From: Malacoraja senta
Lineage: Eukaryota
Length of the DNA stretch: 64,000 nt
Assembly (NCBI GenBank): GCA_038087875.1
Contig: CM075977.1
Location: 145,576,001 to 145,640,000, forward strand
Reading direction: 5' to 3'
A program made the translations under genes and the position numbers. This document shows, piece after piece, positions 13,054-24,650 of this stretch. The notes beneath the pieces were generated by a model that saw only the letters and a list, made by a program, of their open reading frames with translations, was not told the DNA's origin and made no database searches. Numbering within the stretch: position 1 is the stretch's first letter; each line of letters starts with the position of its first letter.

Positions 13054-14675
13054 TCAATGGCATAAAAATTAAACAATATCCAGACCTAATTACCTGGTGA
13101 AAGCAAGTTTTATCATACTGTGACAATTGAGCCTTTGTTTAAAAATCAAAATGTGAAACCTCTACATCTGAAGGTCTCGCTGTATTTTTTTTACCAAGTA
13201 CCTATCCTTTCTTTTTAAATACAAGTCTTTGACCAAAAAAATCCCCCAACAAAACCAGCATTGAGTTTTTGCTGCTGTGTGTTCCAGACCCTGCAGGGTC
13301 ATTCAACTGACTTGCTAAACATGATTTGCCCTATTATAATCTCAACTATAAATTTTCATTAAGACAAGACTTGGCTGGCTGCCACCAGGCTCCGGGGTTT
13401 GGAATACAGTGAAATGTCTTTGTCCAATCACATACCCAGCACTCACTCAGCAGACCAATAACCTCGACTTGCAAGCACTCACATAACTGAAACCTGAATG
13501 GAAATTAAATCAATCCAAGTTCCCTCCTTGAGATATAAAGGACCCCCTCCCCGGCCAATACTACACAGAAATATCGTGATGAAGCACAGGTGTGCAAAAA
13601 CCCACATACTGGTATCATATCATTGACTAATGATTATGGAAAAGCCTTTACAGTTTGTGGAGGGAGTAAAACATGCGCCCTTTCCACAGGAAATCAAATT
13701 AATTCTAGAACAAAAATACACATGTAATACTTTTGCTCACTTGACCTTCAGCATTCTTATTGTAACAGTGACGGGGTTTATATAGTTATTTTCAAAAATA
13801 GAATTTATGCAGGAGCAGCAGTTCCAGAATGCAATTTTGTGCATTAAAAAAAGATTAATTTATTATATTATTGATAAGAAAAGCAGCATTTTCAAAACAA
13901 CAGTGATAACTTGATTAGAAGCTTTCCTGTCATTTTCCACACCTTGCGCCAATTTACAATTTTCAAACTCCCCAGGGCATTATAATATAACAAGATCCAG
14001 ATTTTACTATTATTGTAATGTTAAGATCATCAGCTTCACAGTCATAACATCACAATACATCATCAGCTTTGTGATTTCTGTGCCTTCATAGCATATAGTG
14101 AAGTCACAAGTTCATCCTTACTCTTTTGATTCCTTTTGTTTTTACAGGCGTCTCCAAAGGCAGTCAAGAGAAAGCAGTTAGAGTTGATTTAAATGGGATG
14201 TTCGTGAACCAGCCAGGCTCAAAATTCTCAAAAGGTGTAAAGGTTTGTGGCATGAAGTTTCAGAAAGTTTGCAATGGTACTATCAACAAATTGATCGCAA
14301 AATCGCTAAATCATTGGAGTCTCCTGCGAAAGCTTCTTCATTGCCACTTCCGAAACATGCAACCGCTACTGCCAAGAAGGCCAACCATGAGTTACACGCC
14401 ACCCCGACTTGGAAGTATATTACCATTGCTTTATTGTCACTAGGACCGATTCCCAAAAAACCCTATTCAACAATATTACGGGAATATATCCATCAGAAGT
14501 ATGGATGTTCAAGAAGGTGTGGCTTATGACTATCTTCCCAAATCAATCTGTTGGAGTGACCAATTTTGTTGAACAGTAAATATGGGTTATAACCATGGGA
14601 TCCGATAATTCCTTGCAAGACCACCGCCCATTCTAGCCATCCCGTTGCTGTACTAACTCAACTTTTATAAAGACA

Positions 14676-15886
14676 CTCGACCAAGTGGGAACAGTTGGGT
14701 CCCTGTCACACGGTAGGCCTGGTCCCCCAACGCAACCCGTTCCCCAACACAATATTCCGCCACTAACCCGTTCCCCCAACGCAACCCGTTCCCCCAACGC
14801 AATATTCCACCACTCACCCAGAGCCCCCAACTGCGCAGGCGCGGCTCATTTCCCCTCATCCCCCAGCACTCATTCCCTCTCTTCACCCTCTCTTCTTTCC
14901 CCTCGTCCTCCCCTCCCCACTTCCTCCCTCTCCCCTACCCTTAGTCCCTCCCTCCATCCCTAACCCCTCTCCCCTCCCAACCCCCTCCTCTATTAAACAA
15001 CCATCCTCTCCTTGTCCCCTCCCCTACTCCCTCCCTCTCCTTACAACGTTACAAATCTCTCATTGGACTGGGAGTCCTGTCTTTGTTAACATTGTCCATA
15101 ACCCCTCTCCCCTCCCTACCCTAAGTGGGACCGTTGGGCCTCGTTCCCCCAATGCAATATTCCGGTCTGGAGCCGCGGGAGGGGGAGGGAGGAGTGCGGC
15201 TCAGGGCCCAGTCCGTATCTTTGTGCAGCCTCGCTCAGGGCCCTGGGCTGTGATTTGAGCTGTGGAGCCGCGGGAGGGGGAGGGAGGAGCGCGGCTCCGG
15301 GCCCAGTCCGTGTCTGTGTCCAGCCACGCTCAGGCTGTGGTTCGAGCCGATGTGGGCGGGGAAGCTTCTCCTTCCCCCCTCCTGCGGCTGGTTGAGTCTC
15401 CCTCTCCCCTCCCTTGGCTGGTTGCCTCTCCCTCCCCATCCCGCAGCTCCATACCCACGGCATTTTAAAATAACTGAAAGTCAGTCAGTGACTTTTTGAG
15501 GCTGTGGTCTTGATTCGCAGGAGGGGGAGGGAGGAGCACGGCTCCAGGCGCAGTCTGTGTCTAGGGTGCTTTTATCGGGGACAGCGAGTTTAAAAAAAAT
15601 GTAAATGAGATCCCATTGTGACGTCATAGCTGTAACTGCCACTGCACTTGAAATTTTTGTTCTCAAAGTGGGGTTTTGTAAAGTTAAAAATGTGAATAAC
15701 TTGTAACATATAACATCAATCTGAACGAAATGACACAACACATCAAAGGACAATGGTGAGTAAGATGGTGCAAAAACTGTAGCGCTATCCTGTGCCTTTT
15801 TGGCATAGTTCAGGCCATGAAAAGCAAGCAAACAAACGCAAACTCACTCACAGACAAGATGAGAGTTTTAGTAATATATAGATAGA
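14676..15886 (-). mobile_element. Non-autonomous Helitron copy A
   Basis: Minus strand starts TCTATCTATATATTACTAAAACTCTC and ends with GGGACCCAACTGTTCCC hairpin plus ACTTGGTCGAG (decayed CTAG), flanked by A and T; shares blocks with copies B and D. Confidence 0.8.
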
Positions 15887-16080
15887 TATTTGGTCATGGA
15901 ATGTGGGCATTACATTTGTTGTCCAACCTTAAAGGACCCTGAAATGAGGAAGCAGTCGACTCAACCATGTTGGTGTGCCTCCTGTCACTTACGGGCCAAA
16001 ACAGAAAAGGAATGTGGAAGAACATTAGTAAACCAAATGGGTTTTTGCAACAAGTCAATTAAATTAATCGATTAATTGAA

Positions 16081-16365
16081 GGATACAGCATGGAAACATG
16101 CCCATCGCCTATCGATTCCATGTCGACCATCTATCACACTAATTCTATGTTATTCCACTTTCCCATTCACTCCCTACACACCAGTACTCCCTACATACAT
16201 AGACCAATTAATCTATACACCTGAATGAGTTTAGGATGTGGGAGGAAACCCACGCGGTCAAAGGGAGAACATGCAAAGTACAAATGGACTGCACCCAAGG
16301 TCAGGGTTGAACCCAGGTCTCTGTCGACGGGAGGCAGCTCTACCAGCTGAGCTACTGTGCTACCC
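16081..16365 (-). mobile_element. tRNA-derived SINE with CR1-type tail (HE1-like), inserted in an older SINE remnant (about 15900-16500)
   Basis: Head GGGTAGCACAGTAGCTCAGCTGGTAGAG (A box) ...GGTTCAACCC (B box); tail ...TGTTTCCATGCTGTATC. Confidence 0.72.
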
Positions 16366-16555
16366 TTGAATTATGGTTACTGGTACTGAGAGAAACTTTT
16401 TCCACATGTTTAATGAATGAATTTAAATTTCCCGGCTACTATGTGGGATTGATACAGGTATTTCACCCTATTTCAGTCAGTGCTGACTTAGTTGCCAGCA
16501 TTCCCACTTCCACGATAGTGACTTCAAATCCCACTCCAGTGAGATACAATAGTTT

Positions 16556-16990
16556 GTACACAAAAATGCTGGAGAAACTCAGCGGGTGCAGCAGCATCTA
16601 TGGAGCGAAGGAAATAGGCAACGTTTCGGGCCGAAACCCTTCTTCAGACTGATAGGGGGTGGGGAGAAGAAAGGAAAAAAGGAAAAAAGGCGGAGGAGCC
16701 CGAGGGCTGGGGGATGGGAGGAGACAACCAGAGGGCTGATGAAGGGGAGGGGACAGCAAGGGCTAGCAGAGTTGGGAGAATTCGATGTTCATGCCCCCAG
16801 GATGTAGACTGCCCAAGCGGAATACGAGGTGCATTTCCTCCAATTTCCGGTGTTGCTCGCTGTGGCTATGGAGGAGACCCAGGACAGAGAGGTCAGATAC
16901 GGAATGGGAGGGGGAGTTGAAGTGCTGAGCCACCGGGAGGTCAGGTAGGTTATTGCGGACCGACCGGAGGTGTTCGGCGAAACGGAGGCT
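16556..16990 (-). mobile_element. Penelope-like retroelement 3' fragment (GIY-YIG C-terminus plus terminal repeat)
   Basis: RFAEHLRSVR...PVAQHFNSPSHS...RKLEE.HLVFRLGSLHPGGMNIEF is typical of the PLE endonuclease C-terminus; followed by CTGAAGA...GAAAC motif. Confidence 0.85.
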
Positions 16991-17076
16991 TGGCGTGGAA
17001 GCCAAATGGAGTGGAAGCCAAATCAAGTCAAGTGGGAGTGATATGATCCTGCCCATTTTCAAGATGTTTTCCAAGT

Positions 17077-17282
17077 ATACACAAAATGCTGGAGTAACTC
17101 AGCGGGTGAGACAGTATCTATGGAGAGAAGGAATTGGCGACGTTTCGCAGCGAGACCCTTCTTCAGTTTCGACCCGAAACGTCGCCAATTCCTTCTCTCT
17201 ATAGATGCTGCCTCACCCGCTGAGTTACTCCAGCAATTTGTGTCTACCTTCAATTTACCAGCATTTGCAGTTCTTTCTTAAA
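17077..17282. mobile_element. Penelope-derived terminal repeat, inverted pair
   Basis: 17079-17147 is the reverse complement of 17175-17243 with few mismatches; same sequence as the tail of 16556-16990. Confidence 0.82.
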
Positions 17283-17470
17283 CATTCTCCAAGTATATCC
17301 TGGTTTATTTGGTCCCTGTTCTTTTCCCCTTTGTTTTACCTGGTATTGATACTAAAAACACTTAAAAAAACTGAACTTAAAATATCTCTGGTTACAACCA
17401 CACAATGGCTCAGAGAAAATACTTGAGATTAAGAAGTTAGATCCAAAACAAAGGGAGGGAAAAGACTTAC

Positions 17471-17654
17471 TTCTAAGTGCAGTTTCTGGCCTGTTGTCTG
17501 CCTTGTCGTGAACCCATTCAGGAGGAGGTGGCCGAATGTTCGCTTGGGAGGCAGCATAAGCCACAGGGTCGTTACTGACCCAGGCAGTCAGGTAGATGTA
17601 AAAAGCATTGGGATTGATGATTCCATCAGCATTCACTAATCGCTGTTTAGTCAA
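17471..17654 (-). CDS. PTCH1: PTCH1 exon 17 (184 nt) [30 protein letters not shown]...PETALR
   Basis: Within ORF 17352..17663; AG/GT boundaries. Confidence 0.96.
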
Positions 17655-19027
17655 CTGCAACACGATGAGAAACTGCTTAGATCACAGTATTTTTATTTCG
17701 TTTTTACTTTCATTAACAGACATCACAGCCACAGAATAAAACAACCAAAATCCTCACATAAAGCAATCTTGCTCACAAGGAATGAAGTAAAAACAAATTT
17801 TACTTCAGTTAAAGGTTCAAAATACATAACAAACACATCAGTATTTAGCATTCCATATATATTTATAAGAAAAATCTAAAATGAGAACGAAAGAAAATTT
17901 GGCAAGAGTCCCCCATGCACGTCTGTGTGCAGTTAACCTCTGTTGTTAACGCCAAAGGAAATGCCACCCAGCAAATGGGGGAGAGCTATAAAAATAAAAC
18001 AACATCTGTACAAATTTTGCTAGCACTTGCTTCATCTGACCTGTGTATATTCAGATAATGCACCATGCCAAAAAACAGACAGAAGCAGAATCTTGCTTGG
18101 ATCACCCGTGGAGCCGTTTTCTTTTGAATTTTCATCTCAGACAGAAAACAGCATGGACTTTAGTGTCAAAAAGAACTGCTTTTGTTGCCAAAAATTGCAC
18201 ATTTTGGAAGGGGAAATGAAATATATGGAAACTGTATAGTTTTACTTTTAAGTGCACTTGTCATGTTCTGCTTTTAGTTTTCTATTTGAATGACAGAGGC
18301 ACTGAAAAAATGTGATACACTAGATCTGGATTTAATTAATCCACAGGATACTCGACAACTGTACGTCTTCTGCTGTATGTGGAATCAAACAGTGCGGCTT
18401 GCAACCCCTGTGGGCATGGCACACTTTTCTCCCTCCCAGGCACAGGAAATTACATCAGAAGTTACAGTCCCAACATTTGGTCCCACAAGCTACACCTGGT
18501 AAAGAATGAACTACTGTATTTAGAGCTTACATGGGTAAATGCTCATTCAGGCCAACTCTTGATCAGTATTTTGTGTCTTAATTCTTTCAGTGTTAACGGG
18601 TACGCTGTAGCCAGCAGAAAAGCAACATGTTTTACACTGTAATAATTTTAAACAATGTACTCTGTAAAACTGTCACGTTGAATATGGCAGAGAAGGTCGA
18701 GAATAAACAGGACTATTCTCAGAACATTATTGATGGTACTTTGCCAAAAAAGACAAATGGCTAGAGTGAGAATCTAATTGCTTTTCAGTGCTTAGTACCA
18801 TTTCCACTGAGACGTCGCATTTGTAATGAAAGCAGACAATAAAAAATTGCAATTCTGTAACCTTTTGTGCAGAAACCATGTGGAGAAATAATGTATTACC
18901 ACAAAAGAGGCCACTAAAATGTTTGAGGAATTTTGGGTTCACACTCAGCAACTCAAAACATAAAATAAATTCAGTTATTCTCTCACTCATCAATAAAGCA
19001 GGTGTTGATTTTCTTATAAACCCTTAC

Positions 19028-19170
19028 CCGACTTAAGTCAGTAGGTTTGTGCCTATTGCCAGTCTGAATTAGCAACTTGTATGCCAGAACACCATCATCA
19101 GACCCATTTTTGTAATTGTTGTGGGTGATCTTTCCAGCTTTCCATTCCCTGTCAAAGGTATCTTGCAGAT
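19028..19170 (-). CDS. PTCH1: PTCH1 exon 16 (143 nt) [47 protein letters not shown]
   Basis: Hand-translated; [13 protein letters not shown] motif; AG/GT boundaries. Confidence 0.94.
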
Positions 19171-19854
19171 CTAATTATCAAAAAGTTGAAACATTTTGTA
19201 AACAACAAATAATCTGCAATTCCAAAACATGTAATTTTTCACATAAGGGATTTAAATCAATGAAATGAACTCACAGAATCACATACATAAAACACAACAA
19301 GTGGAGGCATGAAAATGTAAATCAACATTCTGCATAACTGTCTACTTTTTTTTAAATGAATGGAAACCTTATTGGTTTTTTTTTTTAAAGTTTTGTGGTG
19401 TTTGGCCAGTTTGGCTGCAGGAGTCAGTCCATTCTCGTGAAAATGGCAAGACCTGTTATTTATATCTGTAAACTAGTCATTCCTATCGTCAGCACAAGAT
19501 GGACTCAGAGAAATTTGTGTGATTGAAAATGTAATTTTTGTTACAGTGAAATGCAGGAATTATGACTTCCACAACAAGTGATTTCTACAATGTTTTATGT
19601 CGTTTCATTACACTCCAGAAATTCAACAGGATATTTCCCAAGAGGGTCATATTGTGTCATATACACAAGTATAAGAAATCGACAGTTAATAATTGGAAAT
19701 ACCACCAACACGCAGGTTAGGCTCAAGAGGAACATTGGTCAGAATTGATGTTCCTGATTGCCAGCAATAAGGATTGATGAAAACCACATTAGTACAGATA
19801 CAAAAAAAAATTAAAGTCTTGTTTGTGCATTGCCCATGAGACTGAATAGTTTGC

Positions 19855-20190
19855 AAAAGGAAACACAAGAGACTGCAGATGCTGGAATCTGGGGCAAAAA
19901 CAACTGCTGGCTCTGCCGAGTCCCTCCAGGAATTTGTTTTTGAATAGTTTGCAAATTCGCTGTATGGACTCATCCATGAAAAGAACTAAGACTAGTCTCA
20001 TTTTGCAATTGGAGCTGTAACCAATTATAAATCACCATAATCAAGAGATGCAAATAATTATTACATGAGAATGTAGAAACAAAGAACTGCAATTTACAAC
20101 AAAAGGCACAAAGTGCTGGAGTCAGGAGGCAGCATCATTGGAGAACATGGATAGGTGACATTCCAGGTTGGAACTCTTCTTCAGACAGAT
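19855..20190 (-). mobile_element. Two decayed Penelope-derived tail fragments (about 19855-19940 and 20073-20190)
   Basis: ACTGCAGATGCTGG, AAAGTGCTGGAG...GGCAGCATC...CTTCTTCAGAC blocks. Confidence 0.6.
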
Positions 20191-20859
20191 TAGGTCTCAG
20201 ACAAGAGATTTGTAATAATGAATATTTTTTGTCTATAATCAGAATCAGTAAGCTTGCTCTCTCAGGTAGAATGTTTTGAAAAGATTCAGAATATACCAAT
20301 ACTGGAAAGTCAACCCACAGAAAGCCCTGTGTAGGAGAATTGGACAGGATGGGGATGGGTGAGGAAAATGGGGAAGTTTCTTCATTGACCTCTATTCATC
20401 TACAATGACAGGAAATCATAGAATTGTTACAACACGAAAGGAGATCATTCTGTCCGTCGTGTCTGTTTCACTCTCCACTAGAGAGGTTCTTGAGTTTCAT
20501 TCATTTGGTCTTTTCTCCATGTTTGACATTTTTCTTCACCATACTTGTATCCAATTCCCTTTTTACGGCTACAATGGAACTTGTCTCCACCATGCAGTTC
20601 ATTCCAGATTCCAACCACAAGCTGCGTAAAAATGTTTTTCCTCATGACACTCTTAATTCCCTTCCCTGTTTTTTCAAAATGTGATCTCCAGCCCTCGACC
20701 CCTCCACCGAAGGATACAGCCTCCCACCATCCACTCTGTCCAGATCCCTCATCATTTTATATACTTTCAATGAAACCCAGAGAAACAATTGCAACCTCTC
20801 TAATTTATCTGTGTAACTGTAGTCCCTCATCTCAGTGATCATTCTCAGAAAAAAATGTA

Positions 20860-21422
20860 TACACACATTATATATTTATATATATACCCCAGGCGAATGG
20901 TAAGGTGGGCCTAAAATTGTAGCGCTATCGTGTACTGTTTTGGCTGTATTTTGGATATATATGACGATATATATATATCCAAAATACAGCCAAAACGGTA
21001 CACGATAGCGCTACAATTTTAGGCCCACCTTACCATTCACCTGGGGTGTGCAGTAGCAAGTTACGTTCGATTTGACAAAGTAATTCCCTTTAAAAACTTT
21101 AATTTACTTTAAACCCCCTGAGTCCGCTGCGCTCCCACTTGCCGGCCCAGTCAGCCGCGCCTGCGCAGTTGAGGGAAGGTTGCCAGGCCTGGTATCCGCG
21201 CATGCGCAGTTGGGGAGGGTTGCCGGGCCCGCCGCCATTGTGACTCACGTCACAACGGGGATCTCTGGCATCACAACAGGGATCCGTCAGCCGGGCCTGC
21301 GCAATTGGGGGAGAGTTGCCGGGCCGGGATCGTCATTTTTACTGAACATCGCCTCGTGTATGGGTAAGTGGTGGAATATTGCGTTGGGGGCGGGGAACCC
21401 AACGGGTCCGCGCTTGGTCTAA
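20860..21422 (+). mobile_element. Non-autonomous Helitron copy B with fold-back 5' part
   Basis: 3' end GAACCCAACGGGTCC hairpin plus GCGCTTGGTCTAA|T; shares CCAAAACGGTACACGATAGCGCTACAATTT with copy D. Confidence 0.78.
20886..21047. repeat. 162-bp near-perfect palindrome (77-nt arms, 8-nt spacer, 2 mismatches)
   Basis: 20886-20962 is the reverse complement of 20971-21047. Confidence 0.95.
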
Positions 21423-21579
21423 TATTTTATAAAGCTCAGCATAATTTCATTTATTTTGTACTCCATGAATTGGGTGCACCCCATTAACTGTTTTCACTGT
21501 TGTACAATCTGGAATAATTTATGCACACACAGCCGAGATCCTCTATTCCTATATCCCTTTTAGAAAAGCATCCTTCAGT

Positions 21580-21724
21580 CTAGGGGCTAGCGGAATCAAG
21601 GGATATGGGGAAAAGGCAGGCACAGGTTACGGATTGTGGATGATTAGCCATGATCACAATGAATGGCAGTGCAGGCTTGAAGGGCCAAATGGTCTCCTCC
21701 TGTACCTATTTTCTATGTTTCTAT
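21580..21724 (+). mobile_element. CR1 3' tail fragment
   Basis: Matches 63110-63229. Confidence 0.8.
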
Positions 21725-21789
21725 ATTGCATCTCATCATTCTTCTTTCCAAATCAAACTTCTCTACATTAATTCTGTCAACTCTTGAAA

Positions 21790-21918
21790 AGAATGTGAAG
21801 GGACCCGACCCAAAACGTCGCCTGTCCATTACCCTCCACTAATATTGCCTGACCCGCTGAGTTCCTCCAGCAGTCTTTTTATTTTACTTAAGATTCCAAC
21901 ATCTGCAGTCTCTTGTGT
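21790..21918 (+). mobile_element. Penelope-derived tail fragment followed by (TG)/(TC) microsatellite
   Basis: GAAGGGACCCGACCCAAAACGTCGCC...GCCTGACCCGCTGAGTTCCTCCAGCA...CATCTGCAGTCTCTTG. Confidence 0.7.
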
Positions 21919-24479
21919 GTGTGTGTCTCTCTCTCTCTCTCTCTTAAACCATTGATCCCAAACACTGATTCCTGGAGAACACCACTTTTTCACCTTCCCG
22001 TCAAAGCAATCATCAATCATTCACCACAAGCCTCCACTGTTCAATACATAGCCAACCACATCCATCCCATATATGTCTCTTTTACGCCATTTATTTCAAA
22101 CTTACCGATGAACCAGTTATGTGAGTTTAAATTAATGCACATTATACTGACTGCCTTACCCTGATCATAGAGTCCTATTAAAATAACTAAACACAATTTG
22201 CTCTGCATAAACCTGTGTTGGCTCGCATTACTCCATTTCTCTCCAGGTACCTATTAACCCTGCAATATTTCTAAAAGCTTCTATGTTTCTAAAAGATTTC
22301 CCACCAATGTGATAAAAGTGACTGGCCTGTAGTTGTAGACCATAACATTGCTCCCCCCTTTGAATTAGTAACGAACATCTACTTCTCTCCAGCACTTTGA
22401 CACCACCCCTGTGTGTAAATAGTTTAGGAGAATTAAGATCAGCTCCCATAATTTCTTCTTGCACTTCCCTCAAAATCCTACGAAGATCCGATCTACTCCT
22501 GATGACTTAAGTTCATCAAGCTTTTCTACATACAATCAATTTTTAACATATCCAATGACGCACCGTCTCCTGTTCCACTATTACTTTGGAAGCACCTGGT
22601 GAAGACCAATGCAAAGTATTCTTTCAGAATTCATGTGAAAGTTCCCATTTTTGTCCTTTATGGACCCCGTTAATTTATGTATTACCATTTATATGCCCAG
22701 AGAATACTTCACACATGGTCGCTTCACTTCCCATTTTAATTTTCACTTCCCCTCTGATTCTTTTATAACCAGCCAGGTGGTTGCTGGTATTTACAACCAT
22801 ACACGCGTCACAAGTAGCTGTTTTTTTGGCTTCATCTTCCTCTGCATCTCTTTCATAAATGGCGTCTCTGGATTTGTTTGTCTTTCTTTTGCACTTCATG
22901 GGATGTGCCTCAACTGTGCTTGAATCATTCTTCCTAAAAGATTGGTTCCATTTTAATTTTGCATATCAACCTTCAGTTCCAACATACTTAGGATGGATGG
23001 CTTTACTCCAATTAATCAGTTTGTACTTTGGCTCTCGCTCCCTATTGAGATAGACTGGTCACCAACAGCTTCAGCCTCTAAAACATCTCGTGCCAGCTTA
23101 AAATCAATTTTGTTAATGCCTCTAAGCTCCTCCTCGGGACCTTGTTTGCAGTTACAGGTTTTAACAAAAACCTGAATGCAAGCCTGTGTGTTCTTGATAG
23201 ACGGCAACTTTCTCTAACAGCAATTATACAAACTAAGTTTCACACAGTAGACTGGAGGAAAATGTGTACAGCACAGGGCGAAAACAGTATGAACGTCCAA
23301 GTTAAAAAGAAAAGGAACTCAGCCGTTCCTCGAGCACAGCATGAGTTAGCACTCAATTCATTCCATCTGTTTGACTTGGGCAGCACATATAAGTCGTGAG
23401 ATCTGTTGCCAGCATATGTAAAGATCACAGCCAACACCTATTCATTCTGAACTGCTATTTTCCTCTGCACCCTTTTTTACAAAAAAGCATAGAAGATCAG
23501 TGGCTGTTCCAAGCAGGTAATTTGGATCACATTTGGAACAGGAAGCCACAACCCTGTACAACGAGCCTCTGTGTGAGCAGATGACAAACCGCATACCCAA
23601 CATTTAGACCCACCTCACAGCTGCACTGAAGCTGTAATCAAAACCATCATTACAAATCTGATAGGTTAACTACAGCTGTAAGGAGATAAGGGTAAAAAAG
23701 CCAGGCACAAATGCCATTGCCCGAGGGCTGAGTTTGCTCATTCCAGATTGAAAAAAAACTCCCACGTAGACTTGCAGACTCCAACCTAAAACAAACTGGT
23801 TTGAAACAATGGCAAGAGCTTCAAAAGGACACACTGCACACCTGCCAAACTTGATGCACATTCCCAGACATGCCTTGGAATGAAGAGGAACCAATGCGTA
23901 AATACCACCTAGGTGATTTCAAAGCACTCCACTGAGTGTGGCCTTGGGTTGCACACATGGTTTCAAAGCTTAGTTTCCACAAATAATAATAGCGCAACTG
24001 GATTATCTTCTATCCCGTCAACACAAACACCCACCGGCACAACATTTAATGAACATGTGTGCCCCACCAATAATAAGATTGTTTACCTCAAAGGTGGACA
24101 CTACAGCGCTTATTATTTTTCACACAGTGATGCATATTCATCTTTAATTTGGAATGAATCTCCAGGTGAAAATGCTAACCTTTGAAAAACTAGACTAGGC
24201 ACTTGTTGTAGAGATCCACACTGGTATGTCAGACATTCATGGACATCAGTGCTCATCCAATTACAAATCAAGTTTTGATTACAAATCACCCACAACCAGT
24301 TGAATTTGGGTTTTCCACATCAAGATAATAACATTCACAATGAAGTCCCATGGAGGTGAGCAATGTCAATCTTTCCCCCCCCTTCAGGCAATCAGTTAAG
24401 CAACATCTTGTTATCTCCCTACCACTGTTATGAATCAGAGATACTGTATACGGTCTACAATCGATGCTCTATATGGTGC

Positions 24480-24650
24480 TCTTGAAATTGAATTCTGTCC
24501 TTGATTTGTGTACTGTGGTGTTTTTATATTTAATTTATTCCGATTATGTGTTTTGTATTTTTTTTTTTGTGATTCTATGCATTGTAAGGTGTCCTTGGGT
24601 TTTAGAAAGGCGCCAGTAAATAAAATGAATTATTAATTATTATTATTATT
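24480..24650 (+). mobile_element. L2-clade LINE/SINE 3' tail
   Basis: TGTAAGGTGTCCTTGGGTTTTAGAAAGGCGCC...AATAAAATG followed by (ATT)n. Confidence 0.55.

Larger units (their letters stand above)
20415..22500 (-). mobile_element. Old CR1-clade LINE remnant interrupted by younger insertions
   Basis: Minus-strand NYRPVTFITLVGK (RT domain YRPVSL motif) near 22300-22335; CR1-like 3' region at 20415-20850. Confidence 0.62.

Noticed and set aside
16290-16365. tRNA gene
   Set aside because: A and B boxes are present but there is no complete cloverleaf, and the sequence continues into a SINE body and LINE-type tail.
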